A stretch of DNA of 64,000 bases. It comes from Clostridiales bacterium. Its GTDB lineage: Bacteria > Bacillota > Clostridia > Christensenellales > CAG-138. Below are positions 56,989 to 64,000 of this stretch, one piece after another (position 1 is the stretch's first letter; each line of letters begins with the position of its first letter). A program made the translations under genes and the position numbers. The notes under the pieces are model-generated. The model was not told where the DNA came from and made no database searches. It saw nothing but the letters and a program-made list of their open reading frames with translations. The stretch covers positions 1,541 to 65,540 of the forward strand of contig DUPG01000014.1 in the NCBI GenBank assembly GCA_012838425.1, written 5' to 3'.

Positions 56989-58032
56989 TCAGTCTTCAAT
57001 ATAATCTCTGAAATCGCCCATTATAGCGCGTGGAACGGGCAAATCCAGCATTGTTCTCAAGCCAGGCTTTGCGTTTATAACGTGAGGAATCATGTTTACG
57101 CACATTGCTATTGTGCCTATGCCTCCGTCAACCTCGGGCTGAATAGCCATGTTTACATTCGGGGTGCCCTTCAGCACAATGTAGTCGCCCGTCTTTGTGC
57201 CTTCCATCTCAGGCTCAATCTGCTGAGGATGATACATATCTATCTTCATCTCACCATCTACATAGCCCTGCGCTGTCATATTGATACCTGCGAGTGTGCC
57301 TGCCTTTGCGAAGCCATAGGGCGATTTGCGGTCAACATTAGTAACAATGGGAGCCATCTGCTGCTCGAACTTTTCTAACTTCCAGCCCAAAGCGTCAGCA
57401 ATCATGTTTACGGATTCAGCGAAACCGACATGCCCTGCGAGAGTGCCGTCTTTCTTACGCTTTTCGAATTCCTCAACCGAAATGCCTATGCCCTGCTCCT
57501 CCATAACGGCGGGACCGAACGGCGACAGCGAGTTTACCCTGCGGCACAGCACGGATTCAACATCAGTCATGCAGCCTGTCAAGCAAACCGCTAACAGGTC
57601 CATCATCAAGCCGGGGTTAATGCCTGTGCCTAATATTGATATGCCGTTTGCCTTTGCGAATTCGTCAATCTTTTTAGCTAATTCAGGCTCCTGCGCCTGC
57701 GGATATGCCATTTCCTCTGCTGTGCAGATTATGTTTATCTTGTGTTCAGCGACTAACTTTAACTTTTCGAATACATCTTTTGTGAATGAGTTTGTAGCTA
57801 TTATGCATATATGGCTGTTGCCTAATGCTTCGTGAATATCCTTTGTAACCTTTATGTCTGTCCTGCCCTTGCGCTCAACTCCCAGAATCTCGAATATGCT
57901 TTTGCCTACTTTTTCGGGGTGAACATCACATACGCCAACTATGTCGACGCCCTTCTTTTCAAGCAATACCTTAGCAATGCCTGAACCCATCGCGCCAAAG
58001 CCCCAAATTGATACTCGTACGTTTTCCTTCAT
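56989..58032 (-). CDS. ord: 2,4-diaminopentanoate dehydrogenase
   Basis: VSIWGFGAMGSGIAKVLL Rossmann motif. DapB-like fold. ATG at 58032 follows GGAGGG. An extended -10 element TGCTATAAT lies upstream at about 58090. Confidence 0.8.
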   Translation of the reverse strand: MKENVRVSIWGFGAMGSGIAKVLLEKKGVDIVGVCDVHPEKVGKSIFEILGVERKGRTDIKVTKDIHEALGNSHICIIATNSFTKDVFEKLKLVAEHKINIICTAEEMAYPQAQEPELAKKIDEFAKANGISILGTGINPGLMMDLLAVCLTGCMTDVESVLCRRVNSLSPFGPAVMEEQGIGISVEEFEKRKKDGTLAGHVGFAESVNMIADALGWKLEKFEQQMAPIVTNVDRKSPYGFAKAGTLAGINMTAQGYVDGEMKIDMYHPQQIEPEMEGTKTGDYIVLKGTPNVNMAIQPEVDGGIGTIAMCVNMIPHVINAKPGLRTMLDLPVPRAIMGDFRDYIED

Positions 58033-58317
58033 AACGCCCTCCATATAGTTTTTTATTGAAATCTTTACAGACTCATACATAGTCAATTATAGCATAAATG
58101 AATAATACATTCCATACATTTATAGGCTATGGGTTTATATATTATGTTATGTGAATTAACAGCTCATTGACATTGTTAACAGGTTAGAAACAAACAACTG
58201 CAAAAACGCCAATTTTTTACCACATTGACAATGCAGAAACAGATTTACATAGTATATTGTATCAGAATTAAACAGATGCATAGAATGTCAGAAATGAGAA
58301 ATTCAGGAGAAAGTATT

Positions 58318-58847
58318 ATGAAACATCTTTTGAAAGCCTTTGCAATGCAACAGTTGCTATTATGTTGTTTGCTTCGGTGGGATGTGCGGAAAAGACAGAT
58401 GGCGAGAACACCGACGACCCGCTTATTAGTGTAAACATTACCCATGTACCAATTCTTGAAGAAAAGATAGATGTTAATGGGGGCGGCTATCCTTATGTTA
58501 ATTCGTTGAAAAACCTGTTTGCTGTAACATACAATGTAGTGCGAGGAAAAATAGTTAATTATAAGGAAATATTAATCACTTACACCTATGAAAGCGGTTC
58601 AATTGATACTAATTACTCTTCTTTGTATTCAATCGAAGTCGAACAGGTATATGGTGAGAATGATTTAGTCTATTCGGATAATAACATAATAAAGTTCTTT
58701 ACTTATGATTCATCAAATAAGGCATTTCCTGAGGAGCATGCTGCAAATATTACGGTTGGTAATGAATATATTGTATTCTTGTATGATTTCGAAAAAGCAA
58801 ATTATGTAAATTCCATGACCTTTATGGAAATGTTGTTGCTCAAATGA
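58318..58847 (+). pseudogene. Lipoprotein gene interrupted by a 1-nt frameshift near codon 6-10 (or a sequencing error)
   Basis: AGGAGA RBS plus ATG at 58318 give MKHLLKAF.., which stops at 58434. The long ORF, in another frame, is open from 58284, has no start or RBS before 58362, and reads ..LCNATVAIMLFASVGCAEK (signal h-region plus lipobox). Confidence 0.6.
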
Positions 58848-58967
58848 ACGGGCAGAGCTGAGCGGTTGAAATTAGCTGGACTATACGGAATATAGTGCTT
58901 TTTGCTACCTTGCACAAATAAATAAATTAGGCAAAGAAGAGACTATTTCACTAATGGGGAATATCTC

Positions 58968-60089
58968 TCACCTCTGTTTTTCTGCTAAATACTGTAGCAT
59001 TTTGTACGGGTTCACAAAGGTACCGTCGGGACTTGCCACGGTCAAATGCAGGTGGTTTACATCGCTGTTGCCTGTGTTGCCCACTTCGCCTAATATATCG
59101 CCCTTTTCTACTCTATCCCCAACATTTACATATGTTGTAGGCTCAACCATGTGGTAGTAGTGAAATTCATATCCGTAATCGTCTAATACAACAACATAGT
59201 TTCCGGGTATTGCCGCAGTTCCAACAGCCACAACCTTACCGGAGCTGCAGCTCAGAATTTTAGTGCCCTCAAGCTCGCGAATATCCGTTCCCATGTGCAT
59301 TCTCGTATTGTTTGAACGCCCTGCGCCCCATGTATCATTAAATTCGGATACGCGCATAAGCGGAAAAGTCAGCGTATCTAAATACTCCTTTGGATAATCA
59401 TACGAATACTTCAAGTCGAATTCGCCTTTTTCGTTATACGCAGCCTTCAGATAGCCGTATGTAAATCTTACATCAAGATATGCGTTTGAGGCTTCTTCCT
59501 TCGGCTTGGATTCTGAATAGTAATTCGCGTACTCGATTATTGAAATAGGCGAAACAGTTATCATAAGCGAATAGCTCCCGTTTTCTTCTGCTACTTCGAA
59601 TTTGGGCGACAGCACGAAAATAAGCTCGTCCACGCTCTCAATATTCGGCAACACAGCCGCAAGAAATTGCCATTCGGGACATTGAATATCGGTGCTAAGC
59701 GTTAGATTATATGTGCTTAATTGCGCCTTTGCGTTCTCGTAAGCGGCTTCGGCGGCTTTCGGCAACAGCCCGGCCAATAACTCCTGCTTCAAAACATAGC
59801 GGTTAATGGAGCGAATTATAGAAGTCGCTTCGTCGTAGCCTAAATCCATACTCCAATTGTTTAGCAGTATCAGTTCGCTTTTTAGCCCTGCCTTGAAAGC
59901 CTCCAACACTTGCGAATAGTCGATTATATCAGGAGCAGGCGAGGGAGTATTATGGGTAATAGAAGTTATCGGAGGCAGGCTGCCCAAGTCTTCTCCGCTT
60001 GTTGGAAGAGTTGCGCACGCCCCGACTCCGATACAAAGCAAACATATAGCTATGCAGAACATAAAACGTTTCAGCATCACACTATGCAA
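58968..60089 (-). CDS. M23-family metallopeptidase lipoprotein
   Basis: Lipobox GVGAC. C-terminal HMGTDI ... GNTGNSDVNHLHL (LytM/M23 motifs). Confidence 0.85.
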   Translation of the reverse strand: MHSVMLKRFMFCIAICLLCIGVGACATLPTSGEDLGSLPPITSITHNTPSPAPDIIDYSQVLEAFKAGLKSELILLNNWSMDLGYDEATSIIRSINRYVLKQELLAGLLPKAAEAAYENAKAQLSTYNLTLSTDIQCPEWQFLAAVLPNIESVDELIFVLSPKFEVAEENGSYSLMITVSPISIIEYANYYSESKPKEEASNAYLDVRFTYGYLKAAYNEKGEFDLKYSYDYPKEYLDTLTFPLMRVSEFNDTWGAGRSNNTRMHMGTDIRELEGTKILSCSSGKVVAVGTAAIPGNYVVVLDDYGYEFHYYHMVEPTTYVNVGDRVEKGDILGEVGNTGNSDVNHLHLTVASPDGTFVNPYKMLQYLAEKQR

Positions 60090-60095
60090 GCAATT

Positions 60096-60449
60096 TTACT
60101 TGTCTGTTCCCTCTTCGAGAGTTTTCTCATCCTCTGTGTTCTCTACTGTTGCGATAGCGCCCTTTGCAAATACAATCTTCACCTTGTCAGGGCCAACAGC
60201 TAATGTAATCCTGTCATCTTTTACTTGATGAATAGTACCGTAAATACCGCCAATCGTGCGGACATTGTCGCCAACCTTCATGTTGTCAAGCATTTCTTTC
60301 ATTTGCTTATCGCGCTTGCGGTTCATGAAATACGGCAAAGCAAATAAAAGAATTAAAGGAACAATAAATATAAGTGTAGAACCTAACTGCCCTAAGAAGC
60401 TTGGTGCTTCTGAAGCTGCGTCTGTACTTGCTAAAATGAATTCGAGCAT
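60096..60449 (-). CDS. yajC: Preprotein translocase subunit YajC, copy 1
   Basis: One TM helix followed by MLDNMKVGDNVRTIGGIYGTIHQV..ITLAVGPDKVKIVFAKGAI. Confidence 0.9.
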   Translation of the reverse strand: MLEFILASTDAASEAPSFLGQLGSTLIFIVPLILLFALPYFMNRKRDKQMKEMLDNMKVGDNVRTIGGIYGTIHQVKDDRITLAVGPDKVKIVFAKGAIATVENTEDEKTLEEGTDK

Positions 60450-60495
60450 ATCTTACCTCTTTAATAAAATTTGCAGCTGATAGTGCTGCGGAAAT

Positions 60496-60524
60496 AGTAT
60501 AGCATACACGGTGCGTATTAGCAA
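60496..60524 (-). promoter_or_regulatory. Promoter of yajC copy 1
   Basis: Minus strand has TTGCTA, 17 nt spacer, TATACT, with TGc upstream of the -10. The same architecture occurs at 61072-61100. Confidence 0.5.
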
Positions 60525-60669
60525 ATGCGCTTATAAAGCAAATAGGCTTGGCAAAAGGATATGTGTTTATTTAGTTTTAGCTTCTTAGCAAGCCCGCATT
60601 GAACTTAATACTGCTATAAGCTGTGCCTCATTTCCGATATAAAGCGCATATCGCTATTAAAGCATGGCT

Positions 60670-61026
60670 TTACTTGATATCTATTCCGTCTTCGAGTGTC
60701 CTTTCTACCTCTGCGTTCTCTACCGTTGCAATAGCGCCCTTTGCGAATACAAGCTTCACCTTGTCAGGCCCAACAGTTAATGTGATCTTGTCGTTTTCCA
60801 TTTGATGAATAGTTCCGTAGATACCGTCAAGCGTGCGAACTTTGTCGCCTATCTTCATGTTGTCAAGCATTTCCTTTATCTGCTTTTTATGCTTGCGCTG
60901 CGGTAATATCATAACCAAGAAAAAACCCACAAGCAAAGCAACCCAAAGCAGTGCCGGACCAATGAAATCAAAGAACGCTTTTATTTGATTCGCTAAGTTA
61001 TCACTCATCAATAACAACTCGAACAT
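60670..61026 (-). CDS. yajC: Preprotein translocase subunit YajC, copy 2 (tandem paralog)
   Basis: MLDNMKIGDKVRTLDGIYGTIHQM..ITLTVGPDKVKLVFAKGAIATVEN. The TM region has diverged from copy 1. Confidence 0.9.
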   Translation of the reverse strand: MFELLLMSDNLANQIKAFFDFIGPALLWVALLVGFFLVMILPQRKHKKQIKEMLDNMKIGDKVRTLDGIYGTIHQMENDKITLTVGPDKVKLVFAKGAIATVENAEVERTLEDGIDIK

Positions 61027-61071
61027 ATACTACCTCATCAAAAAATTAGCAGCCAAAATGCTGCGAAGAAT

Positions 61072-61100
61072 AGTATAGCACACAAGACGCACATTAGCAA
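61072..61100 (-). promoter_or_regulatory. Promoter of yajC copy 2
   Basis: Minus strand has TTGCTA, 17 nt spacer, TATACT. Part of the duplicated upstream block. Confidence 0.5.
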
Positions 61101-61148
61101 GCGCGCTATAAAGCAAATAATAAGGGAGGATTTCTCCTCCCTGTTCAG

Positions 61149-62165
61149 TTATACATCAAAATCTGTCGAATCCGCTGTCGGTTCACTGCTTGATAGCTGC
61201 TCTGTCGGCTCTGATACTTCTTGCGGTTCGTCATCAAGCTCGGTTTCATATGCCATCTTTATTTCCTGCTTAGGCTGCACAGCCGATTCCTCCTCCGGCT
61301 TTGATTCCTGCATTACCTCGAATTCCTGCGCGCGCTTCAATGCTTCACGCTCTAATTTCTTTACCTTAGATTGTGAAGAAATGAATATCAATATAACCAC
61401 AACAAGCGCAATAGCCAACGCGCCAAGCGCAATGTATCTCAGCGTTTCTTTCAAAAGGCGGTTGGAAGCATATTCGGGAGTTACGGTGTTTTCAAGAATC
61501 TTGTGCATATCTGCAATCTGTTCAGCAGTAAAAGCTGAATTAGAAAGCATTTCAAACTGAATCTCATTGCCCGCTACATAGGAAACGACCAAAAAGCTGT
61601 GTTGAACGCTTCCGCTTTCAGGCTCGTTGTAAGTGCCCAAGAAAGTCAGATATGTTATGTGGTCAAGCTTTCTAATATCATATTCGGTATAAGACATATT
61701 GCCTTGCGTATTGAAGTTTTCCATAGAGTCTTTAGCGATTTTTTTAAGCTCAAACCCCATACACTCGCGGAAATCTTTTATCGAATCTGAATCTTGAATT
61801 GACCATGCGTATAGAGAAATCTCAACTAATGTGTTCAAGTCCTGCGCGTATAGATATTGATTGTTCAAATCCATTGTTTGTAACAACACATCATATTCGT
61901 ACAAATCAAGGTCAACAAACTCCTGTGCGCCGCGCGGGGTATCCCTTGTAACAGTAGTGTAATTCGATGGAACATATACAGTAAGCTTCAAATCGCCTAT
62001 TGGATATAAGTATGTATTTACAGGATCATTTGATGTCGGGGGAGTCGATTCCTCTAAAGAAGGCTCGCTCGATTCTGTTTCCTCAGTCGCCAATGACGGG
62101 AATGCGAACACAAAAAGCGCGATAAGCACAATATATAAACATAATAGCATGCGGATTCTCTTCAT
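61149..62165 (-). CDS. Secreted, C-terminally membrane-anchored protein with an acidic tail; function unknown
   Basis: Signal peptide, ~220-aa ectodomain, TM helix (YIALGALAIALVVVILIFI), Glu/Ser-rich C-terminus. Confidence 0.5.
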   Translation of the reverse strand: MKRIRMLLCLYIVLIALFVFAFPSLATEETESSEPSLEESTPPTSNDPVNTYLYPIGDLKLTVYVPSNYTTVTRDTPRGAQEFVDLDLYEYDVLLQTMDLNNQYLYAQDLNTLVEISLYAWSIQDSDSIKDFRECMGFELKKIAKDSMENFNTQGNMSYTEYDIRKLDHITYLTFLGTYNEPESGSVQHSFLVVSYVAGNEIQFEMLSNSAFTAEQIADMHKILENTVTPEYASNRLLKETLRYIALGALAIALVVVILIFISSQSKVKKLEREALKRAQEFEVMQESKPEEESAVQPKQEIKMAYETELDDEPQEVSEPTEQLSSSEPTADSTDFDV

Positions 62166-62231
62166 GATGTTTCCTCCGATATATTAGATTAAAATCAATA
62201 GTAACATATATTTTTATTGAATGCAATCCAA

Positions 62232-63038
62232 TTACGCGTACTCGGAAATTAATCTTGTACGCTTCAATGCTGCAAACAATATAAATGTAAGCACAGAGTT
62301 TATTCCTGCCTTAATAGCATTGAACGGGAGCACAGCCGCCCAAATTATAGGTACAATGCCTTGCATAGCCTCGGGGAAAGCAGCTCCTCCAAATACTATA
62401 TTCAGCGGCAGCATCACCAAGAACGCATATACTACCGCAGCAATTGACGCTGCAATGTATTTCAGCGGCTTATTTTCGCTTTTGCTCATGAAAGCAATCG
62501 TAATAAACGCAGCGGTAAAAGCGATTATCCCCGCAATCGCGACTATTACGGCATTCGCATTGCTGGGCAAGGAAACGAAAGCGCGCATAGTTGCGCTAAA
62601 CGCTTCAGAAAGCGGCACGCCCAACGCAAAGAACGAGGAAAAAATTAGATTCAGCGGTATCATAATAAGTATCATTGTGATACTGCCCAATACTAACGCT
62701 ATTGAGCGCGTTGCGTGTGTGTTTTTAGTTTTTGTGAAGCTTCCGCATACTATAACAAAAGCGCCTGTCGCAATAAAGTGCATTATAATCCCTATAATAC
62801 CTGAGCTTTGCGAAAAAAGCAGCCCCTGAAGCACGCACACTACGAATGTAATCAGAAGCCCTGAGTGTGTGCCGTATAATAATGTGCCTATAAATATTGG
62901 AACATCTGCAATATCGTATTCTAAGTAATTCGCAGCAGGTATAATAGGGAAGCGTATAAATTGAATTGAAACAACTGCTATTGCGCAAAGTGCCGCGCAG
63001 CTTACAAGCCAGCGTGTTTTATTAAGATTTTTCAGCAT
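62232..63038 (-). CDS. ribU: ECF-transporter S component, riboflavin type (RibU-like), enlarged
   Basis: YDIADVPIFIGTLLYG, IMHFIATGAF, LPFNAIKAGINSVL. Directly downstream of an FMN riboswitch. Confidence 0.75.
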   Translation of the reverse strand: MLKNLNKTRWLVSCAALCAIAVVSIQFIRFPIIPAANYLEYDIADVPIFIGTLLYGTHSGLLITFVVCVLQGLLFSQSSGIIGIIMHFIATGAFVIVCGSFTKTKNTHATRSIALVLGSITMILIMIPLNLIFSSFFALGVPLSEAFSATMRAFVSLPSNANAVIVAIAGIIAFTAAFITIAFMSKSENKPLKYIAASIAAVVYAFLVMLPLNIVFGGAAFPEAMQGIVPIIWAAVLPFNAIKAGINSVLTFILFAALKRTRLISEYA

Positions 63039-63094
63039 AAAAAATCACCTCAAGTGTTTTTTATCCGAGGCGACATAAGACATATACTTGTCTA

Positions 63095-63226
63095 TGCTTC
63101 TCTCATCCGGACTATACCGTCGGTATCGGATTCGCACCGATTCATGCTAATGCTTGCGGACTCGTCAGAATTCTTTAAGACATTCTGCATCACCGCCGGT
63201 GGGGATTCGCACCCCGCCCCGAAGCA
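63095..63226 (-). promoter_or_regulatory. FMN riboswitch (RFN element) aptamer
   Basis: Reverse complement TGCTTCGGGGCGGGGTGCGAATCCCCACCGGCGGT...AGTCCGCAAGC...GGTGCGAATCCGATACCGACGGTATAGTCCGGATGAGAGAAGCA matches the conserved RFN core. Anti-SD CGCCUC (63067-63072) can pair with SD GAGGUG (63046-63051). Confidence 0.9.
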
Positions 63227-63343
63227 AGATAAGCATACAATACATTATAGGAAAATGCAAGCGGCTTTTACATAAATTCATACTTTAATAAACCCATATG
63301 GTGTGTTAATATAAAATCAAATTGAAATATATGGGAGGTATTA

Positions 63344-64000
63344 ATGATTTCAATTAAGAAAAAAGCATTGGCGCTATTGACAATACTGCTTGTTTTCGCA
63401 AGCGTTACATATTCATTTGCAGGTGGTGTTTTCAAGCTCAATATAAGCATAGTAGATGAAAGCGGCAGCATAATAACAAGCAAGTACGAAACCGGCGACG
63501 AGATTTATATAAAGGTCGATTACGAAACGCCCAAAAAGGGTGATTTCAATAATGCGGTAGAAGGCGAGGAGGACTTTTATCTCAAAATTTCGTCAAGCGG
63601 AATATCCAAGTTAGCTATCGTGAAGGCATCGACTATAATTTGCGTAGATGATATGTGCCGAATGTCAGACGAAATTGACATATTCAGTTTCAAGAACAAT
63701 ACGGCGCAGCTTACATACGGCTATGAGGGCTATATAATCTTCAAAGCGATTGTGGACTCTGGTTCGGACTTTTCAATAAAAGCCACGCTGACATACGGAG
63801 ATGGCGTGTATTCGGAATCAGACAGCGTCGAAGTAGATGTAAAAGAACCTGCTTCAACACCCAAGCCGACTGCTAAGCCCACCGCAAAGCCCACTGATAA
63901 TCCGCAAAGCACCGGCGCACCCGCAACAAGCGCACCAAACGCAACAAATGCGCCTAATTCTCCCCAAGCGACCGATTCGAACACCGGCGCACAAAGCCCT
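63344..64000 (+). CDS. Secreted protein with a Pro/Thr-rich linker; 3' end runs off the right edge
   Basis: Not in the track (edge ORF). GGGAGG RBS plus ATG at 63344 give MISIKKKALALLTILLVFASVTYSFA (signal peptide), a ~150-aa beta-rich domain, then PASTPKPTAKPTAKPTDNPQ... The frame is open to 64000. Confidence 0.65.
   Translation, partial: MISIKKKALALLTILLVFASVTYSFAGGVFKLNISIVDESGSIITSKYETGDEIYIKVDYETPKKGDFNNAVEGEEDFYLKISSSGISKLAIVKASTIICVDDMCRMSDEIDIFSFKNNTAQLTYGYEGYIIFKAIVDSGSDFSIKATLTYGDGVYSESDSVEVDVKEPASTPKPTAKPTAKPTDNPQSTGAPATSAPNATNAPNSPQATDSNTGAQSP

Overview
This is a chromosomal segment from a low-to-moderate-GC Firmicute, probably a spore-forming, Ruminococcus/Oscillospiraceae-like member of Clostridia. 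Evidence for that placement: bofA, remA and the ylxY-mlpA gene pair, a dockerin-bearing secreted protein, Pro/Thr-rich linkers, and a Stickland-type ornithine pathway. Most of the window is tightly packed core metabolism and translation genes: coaBC-rpoZ-gmk-remA-yicC, nfnAB, lpdA, rlmH, dtd, relA, pfk, tmk, ahcY, hflX, mnmA, mnmE, rpmH-rnpA-yidD-yidC-jag, rpmE, and two tRNAs. I found no unambiguous complete novel multi-gene system. The most notable items: (1) a 747-codon cas3 ORF, absent from the ORF track, that runs off the left edge, so a type I CRISPR-Cas locus probably lies just outside the window; (2) a 55-nt intergenic repeat in two inverted copies, with a compensatory base-pair change in its hairpin, next to an orphan GIY-YIG nuclease-domain gene and an oversized convergent spacer with iterated motifs; (3) HflX fused to an N-terminal RadC/JAB-like domain with an intact HxHx7Sx2D motif; (4) a TlpA-like thioredoxin lipoprotein paired with a NapH-like membrane polyferredoxin; (5) a tandem yajC duplication that includes the promoter and leader; (6) an FMN riboswitch in front of an enlarged, internally duplicated RibU-like gene; (7) a complete ord-ortAB-oraSE ornithine cluster abutting rpmH where dnaA is normally found; (8) a frameshifted lipoprotein gene in an AT-rich patch; (9) a candidate leaderless mnmA. 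All calls rest on reading the sequence and on motif recognition. No database search or computation was run. Start codons are best guesses from RBS context.
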